A stretch of DNA of 64,000 nucleotides, taken from Octopus vulgaris. Taxonomy: Eukaryota. This document shows positions 24,881 to 38,741 of the stretch, in pieces. Position numbers and translations under genes: made by a program. Location of the stretch: the NCBI GenBank assembly GCA_951406725.2, contig OX597815.1, positions 115,816,001-115,880,000 of the forward strand, read 5' to 3'. Numbering within the stretch: the stretch's first letter is position 1; every line of letters begins with the position of its first letter. Under the pieces are notes generated by a model. That model was not told the DNA's origin, made no database searches, and worked only from the letters and a program-made list of their open reading frames with translations.

Positions 24881-25261
24881 TTAAAATCTGTATTGAAAAT
24901 GTCTACTCTATTATGAACATCGAGCAAAGAAGACCCAACCTACACCAATACATCTCTTTTTGTTTTAATAAAATAGTTTCAAAACTTGATAACATATTTA
25001 TATATATATACAACTGTCACCATGTAAAATGAAGATCAGGAAAAAGTAAATCATTTTATCAGTTCAAGTTAGAAAAACAATAGATTATATGTGGAGAAAA
25101 AAAATCGCTGTGCAGGGGAGGTAATTAGAATATTTTACTTGGTTCTTGTAATTGTCAGATTACTGAAGGTATGTTGCATCTAATACACAGGAAGAGGGAT
25201 TTATTCCATGTCATTCAAAAATCTGTGCATGAGATGGAATAGATCCTCTATCCATCCCAAG

Positions 25262-26385
25262 ATGCCAAAACGTAAGTGTAAATTTTGTGATGAGTATTCT
25301 AGTGAATGAACATTTATCAAACAAAGCAGAAACTATTTTGAAGCAAACTGTGGTGTATGTAACTGCACTTTCAGTATTGAACATGGTGGGAAGTCTGATA
25401 TCAAGCAACACTTAGAAACAGCAACACACAAATGTAGTATTCCCTCTACTTCAAAAGAAGCTGGTGAAATAACAAACTTCTTTATCAAGAAAAATACAGA
25501 TGAACAGATTAAAATAATAGCCGCAGAATTTGCAATGGTATTTCATACTGTCCATCATCAGTCATTCAGTTCAAATGACTGTACGAACGTACTATTACCA
25601 ACGGCATTTACTGATTCTAAAATTGCTTGCAAATTTTCATGTGCTAGGACTACATGTGCTGCAATAATAAAAAATATTGTGACTCCATACACTATTGTGG
25701 AGATTGTTAAAGATATAAATACCTCTTCTTTTTATGGCATTTCTACAGATGCAAGTAATCACAATGCTGAGAAAAATTTCCTGTTGATTGTGCAATGTTT
25801 TTTCACGTGAAAAGGGTTTGCTGTTAAAGTTATTGCAAGTAAGATCTCTCCCAAATGAGACCTTGGAAACAACAGCAAGCTTCTGCAGAGAGAGCCTCAT
25901 CAAGTTAGAAATGGACATGAAGAAATGTATAGCTTTTGGTGGAGATAACACAAATACTAATTTTGCTGGACATTTGCACATAGGCACAAATAAAGTCTAT
26001 TCAAAATTTAAGGAAATCATGAATGAATCGATGGAAGGTGTTGGATGTCCAGCCCATGTCCTGCACAATGTTGCTCATACCACAGCCAATGTTCTTTCTG
26101 TTGATGTTGATGTAATTGTTTTCATATTTTAATATTTATACTGTTCGATCTGAGAAGTTAAAAGATTTCTGCGAGTTTGTTGGTGTGCAGTATGCCTCAA
26201 TTCTCTCACATTCTCAAACTCATTGGATTTCTTTGATGAGAGCAGTTGAGAGAATCCTAAGGTTATTTAAAGCACTGAAATCTTTTTGATTCGGAAGAAA
26301 AAGTTCCCCAAATTCTTGTACAATTCTTCGATAATCCACTGAGTGTAGCCTACTTATGTCTTGTTCACAGTTTTGAATATGTTTT
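25262..26385 (+). pseudogene. Second hAT-superfamily transposase remnant (N-terminal zinc finger plus partial catalytic core)
   Basis: MPKRKCKF...CGVC..FSIEHGGKSDIKQHL...HK zinc finger; FYGISTDASNH; FGGDNTNTNF; GCPAHVLHN (CxxH); THWISL. Contains stops and frameshifts; TIRs not identified. Confidence 0.8.
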
Positions 26386-26804
26386 TAGCAGTGGCAGCTC
26401 ATAGATAAAATTAGTTGGGGTGTTGCTTTAGAAAATTTTTAGCCATTGTTTTAATATTATGTAAAAAGAAACAAACATATAAAAAGAAAATTTATACATA
26501 TACTTTATCGGTTCGCATTTTAGCCACTGCCAGGTAGTATGTTTAATTTGTTCACTGAACACCAATGCAAATTATTTCTCTCTTTCTGTATTAAAGAAAT
26601 ATTTTCGAATTATTTCAATTTAACAGAATTTATAATTTTTTTTATAGCTTGTATTAAATAATTTTGAAATGATTTTAGTTTTGTTTTTCTCATAACCCAT
26701 TAAAATAATTGCTTTATGTTTTTAACTCTACTTTTATGTAATATATTGTGCCTGGTGTGTAGACTTGTATAAATTTATATATATACAGAGAGATTTTAAG
26801 AGTG

Positions 26805-28385
26805 TCCCAACAAAACATGTCACTAAAGAATATCACAGGTGAATAAAGAAAATTTGGACCTCAGACTCTCTGCATTCAATAAAACAGTGGCCCACAATGT
26901 GTTTGCAGTTCCAGAACTCATACAAACATTTGGGCTGCTTGATTGGACGCTTGATGAGATCCGTGCCATTGATGTGAAAACCCGAAAAATACTAACAAGC
27001 ACACATAATTTCCACATAAACAGTGATGTAGACCGCCACTACCTAAAATGAAAATAAGATGGAAGAGGCTTAACATTGATCCAAAATGTCTTTGAATGTT
27101 GTATCATATCCCTTTGGCAACAATCTTTTAACCACCAAGTGTCAAAGTGCATCCCTTGACGAAATTTTGCATACATAAGGCTGATAACATCATAAGACTT
27201 GGAAGGCAGGTCCTTGAGCAACATTCTTTGATAACACAGAATACATGCCGAAAGAAGTTGCGCGACTCTACTACAATGTATTATCAGATGAAAGGATGAG
27301 CCCATATGAACAGAAGACTATGCATGGATATGTTACTAGAAAGCTTCATGATGATAGTAACATTTATCATCAAAGCAGTTTATCATGGACCAATAGCCGG
27401 ATTACTACCTCCCACTTTGAAGGGTATGCATTTGCAATCCAGAAACAGGAAATATAACCAAGTACCTGATGCACAAAAGGGATAAAGATGCAGAAAAAAA
27501 CCCCCAGTAAAATGTGGCAACCGATGCAGACTTTGTGGAGTTAACACTGGAGATATTACCCACATCATAAGCAGTTGTCCAAAAATGTCATCACAGTATT
27601 ATCTACCGATGAGACATGACTTTATGGCTCTATAATGAAATCCATCAGAAGGATAATCCCCAGGACAAAGAAATAAGAACCCACAATATGGTAGAGCCAT
27701 AGCTACTCATAATAAAAAGGAGTACTGGTGGAATGTCCTAGAGAAGAGCTCAATAAAATGTAAGCACAACAGACCTGATATAATGATTTGGGATTGAGAA
27801 GAGAAACTGTGTACAGTTGTAGAAATTAGCTACCCAGCAGATGTTAACATTGGTGAAAAAGAGAATACCCATGCTGAACTATTGAAAAATCTGCAGTTAC
27901 TCTATCCAGAATACAACTTCAGGTTTATACCTGTAATTATTGGGGCCCTGGGATATGTAATACACTGCCTAAATACCAATCTTGATAAATTAGACTTCCC
28001 AAAACCAGAAAGGAGAAAGCTAATTCGAAGACTACAGATCCAATCCTTCACTGGAACTGTAAAACTTTCCAGAAGTTTATCATTTAAATATATATGAGCA
28101 TGTCTAGATATGTAACTATATGCATGAAAATACATACATAAAACATACATATCTGCACATACATACATACATACATACATACATACATACATGCATACGT
28201 ACGTACGTACATACATACATACATACATACATACATACATACATACATACATACATACATACATACATACATACCCTGTTGTTGATGTTGAAATTCCAAT
28301 GACAGAACCTTGGATTTAGATTAGAAACCAGTTCTATCTCTATTGGCGAGAAATCTTGAAATTAACTGAATAATGACTGACTGAC
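26805..28385 (+). mobile_element. 5'-truncated R4/Dong-clade element, copy 2
   Basis: GRGL, MHGY..FEGYAFAIQKQEI, CRLCGVNTGDITHIISSC (27525-27578), KHNRPDIMIW and VEIS; 3' UTR with internal and terminal (CATA)n. Confidence 0.88.
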
Positions 28386-28579
28386 ATACATACATACATA
28401 ATACGTACATACATACATACGTACGTACATATATGCTTACGTTCGTACATACATACGTACATGCATACATGCCTACGTACGTACATACATACATTCTACC
28501 CCCCCCCACCCAAGACCCGTCCGTCCACCCCCCCCCCCACCCCGTCCGTCCGTCCGTCCGTCCATCCATCCATCCATCC

Positions 28580-28628
<49 letters not shown>
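28385..28628. repeat. Compound tetranucleotide tract (TACA/TACG)n-polyC-(TCCG)n-(TCCA)n-(TCTA)n
   Basis: Direct reading. Confidence 0.95.
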
Positions 28629-28802
28629 GTTTCAAAACTTGTCTTTGATTGTGGGTAAGTCGTTTAGAAGTCATCAAGAATAACGTAGATCGGGAAAAAC
28701 ATAAAAGGTTACTTTACTGATTTATTAACTGAATTTAAAACTCAAAGCTTATGAGTGACGGTGCAAGGGAAGTAACTAGTGAATAACCTATTTTTACCGA
28801 GT

Positions 28803-29215
28803 GACTCTTTTTACTCTTTTACTTGTTTCAGTCTTTTGACTGTAGCCATGCTGGAGCACCGCCTTTCGTCGAGCACATCGACCCCAGGACTTATTCTTAG
28901 GAAGACTAGTACTTATTCTATCAGTCTCTTTTGCCGAACCGCTAAGTTACGGGGACGTAAACACACGAGCATCTGTTGTCAAGCGATGTTGGGGAACAAA
29001 CACAGACACACAAACATACACACACACACACACAACAAATATATATATATATACATACGACGGGCTTCTTTCAGTTTCCGTCTACCAAATCCACTCACAA
29101 GGCTTTGGTTGGCCCAAGGCTATAGTAGAAGACACTTACCCAAGGTGCCACGCAGTGGGACTGAACCCGGAACCATATAGTTCGTAAGCAAGCTACTTAC
29201 CACACAGCCACTCCT
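28803..29215 (-). mobile_element. Full-length young family-1 SINE
   Basis: Reverse complement of the 12605/33125 copies; CpGs retained. Confidence 0.92.
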
Positions 29216-30054
29216 TTCCGAATAAGTAAAATATGTTGTATTTAAATATTCAGACAAAGTAAATTATGCATTCATCAATTAATTAATTAGGGCATAAGAC
29301 TATTTATATGTTTAGTCAAAATGAAATCTGGAAGACATTAGGCACACTGACTTTTCTCAACGGCCTGACAATAATTTTAAGGCTGATATATGCCTCTTTG
29401 TATAACCAGTAATCTCTGTTAAACTCGTTTTTACAGATCCAGTGAGGGAAAAAAGCTTCCAAAACAACGATACCAGTCACCTGAATACCAATTTTGAATA
29501 GCAACCCATGTAGACTCAGTTTTGGACAAATAATAATATTCACTCTAACACATAGCTGTGTGGTTAAGAAGTTCACTTAACAACCATGTGAGTTTAGGTT
29601 CAATCCCACTGCGTGGTACATTGGGTGATAGTTCTTTCTGGATTTCATAGAAAGAATTTTTTTAAATCTGTAAACATAATAGTATGTATCATGCATTTGT
29701 ATATTGTTTCAGATGCCTAAGCAGATACTGAATACTCTCTAGCCCTTTGTACCTTGACATAGTGGAACAGCAAGTATGTGATAACTGGAGAGAGAAAGAA
29801 GTGGAGAGGAGAGAGAGAGAGAGAGCACTGCACCAGCACTCAGCTGAAAGAGTGGAGCAACATGGAAAGAAAGACCTTGCTCCAGGACACATGCTGCTCA
29901 ATCCAGGAACCAAATCCACAACCTTGTGCTCATTCACCTAACTCATGCTCATGGACTTTATGCACCTAACTGACAGAAACTGTAATGGTAAGATATTAGG
30001 ACTGATATCCAACTGGCTGTGTTTTCTTCTTTCATAGAAGTTTTATTTTGTTAT

Positions 30055-30432
30055 ACTCTTTTACTTGTTTCAGTCATTTAACTGTGGCCATGCTGGAGCA
30101 CCACCTTTAGTTGAGCAAATTGACCCCAGGACTTATTCTTTGTAAGCCTAGTACTTATTCTATCGGTCTCTTTTGCCAAACCGCTAAGTTACGGAGATGT
30201 AAACACACCAGCATCTGTTGTCAAGTGATGTTGGAGGGACAAAACACAGACACACAAACATATACACACACATACATGTATATATACATATATACCAAAT
30301 CCACTCACAAGGCTTTGGTTGACCTGACGCTATAGTAGAAGACACTTGCCCAAGGTGCTATGCAGTGGGACAGAACCTGGAACCATGTGGTTCGTAAGCA
30401 AGCTACTTACTACACAGCCACTCCTACACCTA
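30055..30432 (-). mobile_element. Family-1 SINE
   Basis: Same head and tail; small internal deletion. Confidence 0.9.
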
Positions 30433-30581
30433 TAAAAATATAAAAATAATTATTAGTATCATTACAAAATCTATATTATATGAGGATAATTGTTAGCATT
30501 GCTTACACTGACACAATGTCTCATCTTTATAGGGAAAGGAAAATTTAGAAGTTGAGACATTGATGTCTTTTCCAAGTGAGA

Positions 30582-31395
30582 TCATCATCATCATCATCAT
30601 CGTTTAACGTCTGTTTTCCACGCTAGCATGGTTTGGACGGTTCGACTGGGGTCTAGGAAGCCAGGGGCTGCACCAGGCTCTAGTCTGATCTGGCAGTGTT
30701 TCTACAGCTGGATGCCCTTCCTAAAGCCAACCACTCCGCAAGTGTAGTGGGTGCTTTTTACATGCCACTGGCACAGGTGCCAGGGGAGTCTGGCAGCGGC
30801 CACGATCGGTTGGTGCTTTTAACGTGCCACCGGCACGGAAGCCAGTCAAGGCGGCATCTGATGCTGGCATCGGCCACGTTTGGATGGTGCTTTTTACGTG
30901 CCACCGGCACAGAAGCCAGTTGAGGTGGTGCTGGCTTCGGCCACGTTCAGATGGTGCTTTTTATGTGCCACCGACACAGGTATCACATCTACTATTTTCA
31001 TTGATATTTATTTCGATGTTCATTTACTTGACTCAATAGGTCTCCTCAAGCACAGCGGGATGTTCTGAAATCCAAGGTACTTTGAATGGGCAGGGGCTCT
31101 GCGGAACTGGTGCAGGAAGCAGCCCGGGTCTTTGAAGTCACAGCATATCTCCAGAGATCTCGGTCCTGCGCCATTGCCTCTGTGAGGCCCAACGCTCTGA
31201 GGTCATGCTTGACTACCTCATCCCATGTCTTCCTGGGTCTACCTCTCCTCCTGATACCTTTAACTGTTTGGGAGCGGCACTTCTTCACACATCTCTCCTC
31301 ATCCATCCGCAGTACATGACCATACCATCGCAAGTGTCGCTCTTGCACACCACATCTGATGCTTCTTATGTCCAGCATTTCTCTCAGGGTAGACC
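30582..31395 (-). mobile_element. 5'-truncated RTE LINE: RT C-terminus, tandem-unit 3' UTR, (GAT)n tail
   Basis: ORF 31046-31405 LRWYGHVLRM...GRPRKTWDEVV..DRDLWR is contiguous with the family 3' UTR. Confidence 0.92.
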
Positions 31396-31732
31396 TGAAA
31401 ATCAAAAATAGTTAACAGATTTAGTTTATTGAAAATCTATAGTAATACATAATAATGTTACTATAATTTCCAGCAGAGGCACAAATCTAGGAATTTGTGG
31501 AGAGAGGATCAATTGATTACATTGACCCCGATATTTGACAGAAACTTTGTGTGACATTGTCCCTGGTAGGAATGAAAGATAAAGTTGCCCTCACTAGGAT
31601 TTGAGGTCTGAATATACAGATACCAAACAAATACTGCAAGGTGTTCTTTCTAACCTGTTAATGATTTTTCTAAAAAGCAAGATGGATGAAATAAGTATTT
31701 TGTCCTGCTAACAATTCTGTCAGTTTGTTACC

Positions 31733-31734
<2 letters not shown>

Positions 31735-31767
<33 letters not shown>

Positions 31768-31985
31768 CCTTTCTACTAAAGGTAAAAGGCCTGAAATGTT
31801 GGGGTAGTAGACTAGTCAATTACAATGACTCCAGTGTTTCACTGCTACTTAATTTATTGACCTTGAAGGGATGAAAGGCAAAATAGACCTTGGTGGAATT
31901 TGAACTCAGAACTTTAAGATGAATGAAATGCCACTAAGTATTTCACCTGGTGTTCTAATGATTCTGCCAGCTCATCACCTTAATA
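31735..31985 (-). mobile_element. Nin/Deu-domain-like tRNA SINE (family 3) with (TTA)n tail
   Basis: Minus strand GAGCTGGCAGAATC..GAGTTCAAATTCC..TTGCCTTTCATCC..AATAAATTAAGTA; homologous to the 45262 and 48900 copies. Domain name is from recall. Confidence 0.75.
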
Positions 31986-32050
31986 ATATTAATAATAATA
32001 ATAATAATAATGATAATAATAATAATAATTATAATAATAATGATAATAAT

Positions 32051-32593
32051 AAATGCCCTGATGCAGTACCAGGCAGTGGCTCTCATGGTTTCTGATCTTA
32101 ACTGATTGGAAGTGTTATTATGTACATTGTTTTGTCTTGGTATAAAAGATGGGCTACAGCAAATGTTCTGCTCAATACCACAGATTTGCTTGTCAGTTGT
32201 TTGACCATAACCAGTTGAGCATGTCCCTTAGTGGCTGACGATATGTGCATCTCTGATCACAAGCAGAAGTAGTGGAGGAGCATCATAGCCATGTGTTGAG
32301 AGGGATTCTTTGGGGTTTGAATGATTCACCTCTGGAAACATGGTTGTTTTGTTCCACATCATTAAACATCCCTTATTCAGGGACCTTTTGAGTGGGATGG
32401 GCTACTCGATCAGAAGAATATTCTAACTGGGCCCCACCTGCAAGGTCATGTGCTGTTTATCTTGATATGAGATCACCATGTTGCACACATGGTTGTGATG
32501 CATGTGCCAGGTATACTCTTATCAGACAGGTAGTCTAGGCTTTGTATATTTTACCCCAGTGTCACTTTGATGGCATGCACTGCTCACTCACTC
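32051..32593. mobile_element. ~540-bp non-coding insert embedded in (AAT)n
   Basis: Complex sequence bounded on both sides by same-strand (AAT)n runs. Confidence 0.55.
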
Positions 32594-33124
32594 AATAATA
32601 ATAATAATAATAATAATGAAGCAAAAATATAGATAAATTGTTGAAGATCAGAATAGAATGCCCTATGGAGCTTCTACAGAAAGTTTGCCTCTAAAAGACA
32701 GGAAAGATTATAAGGAGGGTTATAAGCAGTTGAAAGACTATTGGAAGTTTGTGGATGCCTAAGGTTACAGGTAGTAACTCACTACCTGCATACATCCAAC
32801 CAGGAATAAGACCAAACTCAAGTCAAATCAATAATAATGGTCACTCCTGACAATATTGACACGAGTGGTTGAAGGAGAGGATTTAAAGAGAAGAAAAGAC
32901 AAAAACAGTGGGGAAAAAGAAAAAAAAAACTTTTAAAAAGTAAAGAACAAATGAAGCTGCATCTATTTGCAATGGATGCATGAATGTAATTCCAGTCCGG
33001 GTATGTATTTTGCTATGAAGTCACAATGGGGATACTGATGATTTTGATTTTGCCTGGGATTGGGCAAATGTGTCTGTTAAATGCAGGATATAATTCTATT
33101 TCTTCAACTTAAATTGTTTTGATA

Positions 33125-33505
33125 TGGCAGTGTGGTAAGTAGCTTGCTTACGAACCACATGGTTCCGGGTTCAGTCTCACTGCATGGCACCTTGGGCAAG
33201 TGTCTTCTACTATAGCCTCAGGTTGACAAAAGCCTTGTGAGTGGATTTGGTAGATGGAAACTGAAAGAAGCCCATATATATATGTATATGTGGGTGTATA
33301 TGTTTGTGTGTCTGTGTTTGTCCCTCCCTAACATCGCTTGACAACTGATGCTGGTGTGTTTACGTCCCCATAACTTAGCGGTTCGGCAAGAGACTGATAG
33401 AATAAGTACTAGGCTTACAAAGAATAAGTCCTGGGGTCGATTTGCTCAACTAAAGGCAGTGCTCCAGCATGGCCACAGTCAAATGACTGAAACAAGTAAA
33501 GAGTA
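33125..33505 (+). mobile_element. Family-1 SINE
   Basis: A/B boxes, CORE-like motif, tail. Confidence 0.9.
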
Positions 33506-33569
33506 TATCATAACACATTTTATATCATGCAGGTCAATCTAAGCAATGACTTTTCCAAGATGTCAGGCT

Positions 33570-33945
33570 ATAGAGATTTTAGTGGTTGTTTCATCTTATC
33601 CTTATACCTAATTGACTAGTCTTTCTTTGCAGCCATATCCCTCCACTTCTTGACCATACAAAAGAATTTTTGGAATGTGGTTGTCACTCATTCAAACAAA
33701 ATGTCCTACCCATCTGCACTGAATTCTCAGCATGTTTTGGATACTGGAGATATCACAGTTGTCTGAGATTTTGACATTTGATATTTTATCTTGCCATTTT
33801 ATGTTATGCAGATAACACACGTGAAAAGTTACAAGTTTCTCGATATGTCTTTTGTAGGGAGTCCATGTTTCTGCCCCATACAAAAGTGTGCTCAAAATAC
33901 AAGATTTTTATACACTTATTTTAGTTTTCCAGTTGAATATTACTA
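33570..33945 (-). pseudogene. RTE-BovB-like RT C-terminal fragment
   Basis: STLLYGAETWT..IKWQDKISN..RWVGH. Confidence 0.85.
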
Positions 33946-34857
33946 AGGCTGATCACTTAATTGTGTGAGTGCACAGTCCCACACAGAATTAACCAACATG
34001 GATAAGGTAGACCTAGTACTAGCATCGATATGCCAGTACTGGGATGCTGAGACTTTATCTGGTTGTGAAATAAAAACGGCTGAATACAATGAAATTGTAT
34101 TATTAAATGTTGTAGTCTTTGCTTTGGTAAGTCATTAAAGTGCCTGACAAAATGTCTTACAGTATTTGTTTAATCCTGTAGAGGTCAACTTTGCCTTTCA
34201 TCTCTCTAAGGTTGCTAAAATTAAGCACCAGCTATGAACTGGGACCAGTGGCATCAACTAACTCATTTTCTTCAAAAGTTATTAACTTGTGCCTAAATTT
34301 GTAACAATTATTAAAAGGACTGAGAGCAGAATCATCAAGGCATTGGACAAAATATTTTGTAGCCTTTGTTCCAGTGCTATATATGTTTTTATTTGATTTA
34401 CTTATCTTTAGATCTGATATTCATAGCAAATGCAAGCATATGGACAAATTTCTCATGTCAAACTGGAGGACACCACCCTCACTGGATTGAACAGCTGCCT
34501 CCCAGGCTTTGGCCTTACCCCTGTTGAATCTACAGCAGCTAGATTTTGACAGACAAAAGGATGCAACTCTGGGTTGTCTCACTTTTCTTTCTTTTTCCAT
34601 TTTTATTCACCCTTCATATTCTTGTTCCACTTCTTGTGTGAACCTTCTCATTTTTTTCTTGTGTTTTCTCATGGACCAGTGTCCTGGATTTCAAATAGGA
34701 CTAACTGTGTGCATTAAACCTTAAGAAAGATTGTTTGAAGACACAAGATGCATTAAATAGTCTGCTAAATGACTGTCATTCTATGGCATGAAAATATTAG
34801 TAGCTCTTATTTAGATATTGTGTATATTAAATATGTGAGTGTGTTTGTGTGCATGTA

Positions 34858-34880
34858 TCCTCCTCCTCCTCCTCCTCCTC

Positions 34881-34948
<68 letters not shown>

Positions 34949-34953
34949 TATTA
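34858..34953. repeat. (CCT)n-(CAT)n microsatellite
   Basis: Direct reading; serves as the tail of an adjacent minus-strand repeat. Confidence 0.95.
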
Positions 34954-35192
34954 TTTTAAATGGCCAACTTTTCATGCAAGTATGAATCAGTCAAGATTTG
35001 TTGAAGCAGACTTTCTGCAGGTGGATGCCCTTCCTGTCACCGAACCTCAACTGTTTTCAAGCAAAGTAATATTTCTTCATGACTAGATATCTTTTTTATG
35101 GAAGATTGGAAATGCTTGTGTGATGGCAACTCTCATAATTGTCATATAACATCAAGGCAATGAGACATAAACACCCACTTACACATGTGCGC

Positions 35193-35230
<38 letters not shown>

Positions 35231-36249
35231 ACGATATGCATTTTTCCTGTTTCTGTCAACAAAATACACACACACACACACGTAAATATATTTAAACTTT
35301 TAACCTTCAGCAATTCCAATTGCTCAGGGGGCACTACAGAAATGGTAAATGATTTATGGCACGAAAGAGATCACTTTAAACTTGCTAAAATAATATTTGG
35401 AATGCAGATGTATTATGAAAGAATAATTTTCAGGATCCAATCAAAGATTTTGTAATTTGAAAAAAGGAGAAAAATTTTCAAATGTAAATAAAATGGAAGT
35501 ATACAAAAACAAACATTATTTTCCATGTTATTGTTACTTTCATTTCATTTAAATAAATAAAAATGTACTTAATGGTTTATAATTGTTTATATTTTGAATT
35601 GCATATATATGGGTGTACCAAAATCTTTGAAGTGCTTAGAGCCTCTGTGGATTATAATCTGATCCTATACAACACTGAATAGTCTCTATTATTATTATTA
35701 TTATTATTTCATATTTTTTTTTTTTTTTTTTTGCTATAATTAATTGAGAATATCTACTTTTTTTTCAGTTAAGTTTCTTTAAAATGATATTTTTTCCCCA
35801 TAACATGTAAAACTTGAATACCAGAAACCCTAAAACAAAAACCTCTTCTAACTTTATGTCTGAGATGTAAACAACATGGAAGATGTGTTCTGTGTTATTT
35901 ACATGGAACACATAAGCATAATGAAAGCAATGAAACAGAACATCTTATCTCGTCATAATTGTAAAAAGTGTTGAACTCAGAATTGTAAGTTATGGAACAC
36001 TTGCTTCCAGTACATTTATTGATTACAACAGTGAATAATATTATTGATAGATGAACTGTACAATATTGTACATATACTTAACGATTCATTCATCATTACT
36101 ACTCTAGAAGTCTAGGCTTGGCTTTGGAGCCAATAAGACTGAAATGTGTTCAGAGTTGTCACTTGTATTTTCTGAAATGATTAAAATAATATTAGTCATT
36201 GTGATACTGTTTGTCTTTTCCTCACCACATAAGTATTTTTAATTTACCT

Positions 36250-36460
36250 CGTTACCTGAAAACGAGGTAATTTTTACTCTTCTCCTCTGGAAGCCATCTG
36301 CTCACGATACCAGAGGGCGCACACTTTCCTACCTTGATGTAATCTCCAGGGATACAGGCATCCAGCAACAGGACCTTTGTAATGCTATGATGGACAGTGT
36401 GGTCTGGCATGGCACGGTAAATTCCATTGTCTTGACCACGGTCGAACAATGATGATGATT
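36250..36460 (+). mobile_element. 3' fragment of a different RTE-like LINE
   Basis: LLLWKP..RGRTLSYLDVISRDTG..LCNAMMDSVVW..* followed directly by (GAT)n. Confidence 0.7.
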
Positions 36461-36524
36461 TTTAATTTAGATTTTCTATGTTCATTCCATCAAATTTGTT
36501 AACACCGTACCTTTTGAAATCCAG

Positions 36525-36935
36525 ATGGCTGTGTGGTTAAGAAGCTTGCATCATAACCATGTGATTTCAGATTCAGTCCCACTCTGCAACACCTTGAGCA
36601 AATGTCTTCTACAATAGCCATAGGCTGACCAACATTTTGTGACTGAATTTGGGAGACACAAAGTATGTGGAAGCTCATCAGGTGTGTATGTGTGTGTGTG
36701 TGTATGTGTGTGTGTGCGTGGTGTGCATGTGTGTGTGTGTATTCCCCACTACAGCTTGACAACCAGTGTTGGTTTGTTTACATTACAATAACTTAGTCAT
36801 TTGGCAAAAGTGAGAGAATAAGTTCCAGACTTAAAAAATAAGTTCTGGGGGTTGATCTGTTCATTTAAAACCCTTCAAGGTGGCACCCCAGCATGGCTGC
36901 AGTCCAATGACTGAAACAAGATAGACAACAAAAGA
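36525..36935 (+). mobile_element. Older family-1 SINE
   Basis: Head, (TG)n centre and tail. Confidence 0.8.
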
Positions 36936-37649
36936 TTAAAAAATAGCATCTCTGAATAATTAACCTGTATGATTTTTTTCTCTTTTCAGTTTATAGTTGG
37001 ATGACCTGAATTATTGATAGCTAAGTGACCTGTTCAAGGTCATAGCACAGGACTGGTGATAAAAAACATTTTAAATCTGCAAAACCTCAGCTGGCTGTGT
37101 AGTTCCTTTTCAAGTTAGCCATCTGTGGCACATGTAATACATAACTCATTGATTTATTAATAAGAGATGGTAGCTTTGAGAATTAGGTTACATCCTGTTC
37201 CCAACACCTCCATGGATTGATTAAGGTGGAACTTAGTAGAAAAATCATGTTTGTTCATTAAACAAAACAATGACACAGCTATTAGACTTTAAGAAGAAAG
37301 TTGTAGGACAGCACTAATTATTTAAAAACGGTATATATAATTAGTCAAGAAAAACATCATTGGCATTAAAAACAAATCTTGAATATCTGGTTCTTAAGGC
37401 TGTTCACATTGGCAAGTGCAGAAGTTGCGAGAATTATGAAATCAGAAAGAGAGACAAAGGAGGGTTTTTCCCCCTCTATTATATTAGGCCACTCAAAGTA
37501 TTCAGGTGACTTAGATACAAAGATCTCTTCTTAATTCTACTCTCAATGAATACACAGCAATGGTTTATTTTTAATGTTTATTCCTTGGTGAACAGGAAGA
37601 TTTAAAACTCAGCACTTCAAGCTTTTGAAAATTTATTTATTACATAGTG

Positions 37650-38085
37650 TTGTCATCGTCATCATCATCATCATTTAACATCTGTTTTCCATGCTGGTAT
37701 GGGTTGGGCTATTTGACAAGAGCTGGAAAGTCAGAGGACTGTGCCAAGTTCTTTGGTCTGCTTTGGCATGGATTTTATGGCTGGATGTCCTTCCTAATGC
37801 CGACCACTTTACAGAGTGTACTGGTTGCTTTTTGCTTAGTACCAGCACCAATTGAGTCACTTGCAAGAAAAAAACCTCTCAACTGGGAAAGTGAGTTGTA
37901 CAGGAAGCTGGTTTTGTACCAGTTGATGAGAGATTAAAAGAATAGCAGAGGGATAGAGATAAATGTCTTGTTGTGGAGGAAATACCTCAGTTGGAAAAGA
38001 AAGGAGGGACAGAGAGACTTAAGAGAAAGACAGAGAGGGAGAGATTAAAAGAAATGGTGGAGATATGTCAGGACATACTCTTGTC
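37650..38085 (-). mobile_element. RTE 3'-UTR-derived element, long variant
   Basis: Family signature plus purine tract. Confidence 0.7.
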
Positions 38086-38400
38086 TACTTAATTATTGTA
38101 CCTAGTTACAGTTATGTAGTCTGGGCCAGTAATAGTTGAGCGTCTCAGTGGTGGATACTGCACAGTGTTAGTGATGGGATATCAAGAACAGTTCTTCAAC
38201 CAAATGAGGGAGAGAGAGACAGAGAGAGTAGTGGGAAGAGAGGGCATGGGAGTTTAAAAATTATAATCCATAAAATGATTTATAATGTCATACATTGATG
38301 TTTTGCAATCCTTTTGAGTTGAGTTATTTTATTTATGCCACTGAAATATTTTACCTTTTATTGATTTCTAGAGAAATCAATAAACTATTTTGAATGAGTG

Positions 38401-38450
<50 letters not shown>

Positions 38451-38741
38451 ATATACATACACACACACATATAACATATATATATATATATGTTTATTTA
38501 TACATATACATACATATTTATGTATATATGTATACACACACATGTATAAACAATAGGCTTCTTTCAGTTTCACCCTACCAAATCCATTCACAGTGCCAGA
38601 CCCACTCACCAGGTCTTGGTCAGCCAAGGGCTATAGTAGAAGACACTTGTCCAATGTGCCATACACTGGAACTGATCTTGAAATCATATAGTTGAGAAGC
38701 AAATATTTTAACAACACAGCCACATCTGTGTCTATATATAT

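Noticed and set aside
28779-29180. Recurrent similar ORFs (e.g. STKSTHKALVG, LDALPN)
   Set aside because: Translations of multi-copy SINE and RTE-UTR sequence, not a protein family.
29713-29773. Exon-like segment (TTTCAG|ATG...CAA|GTATGT)
   Set aside because: Stops in all three frames; no partner exons.
34769-35086. Poly-Pro/poly-His protein ORF
   Set aside because: Translation of a (CCT)n(CAT)n microsatellite plus repeat sequence.
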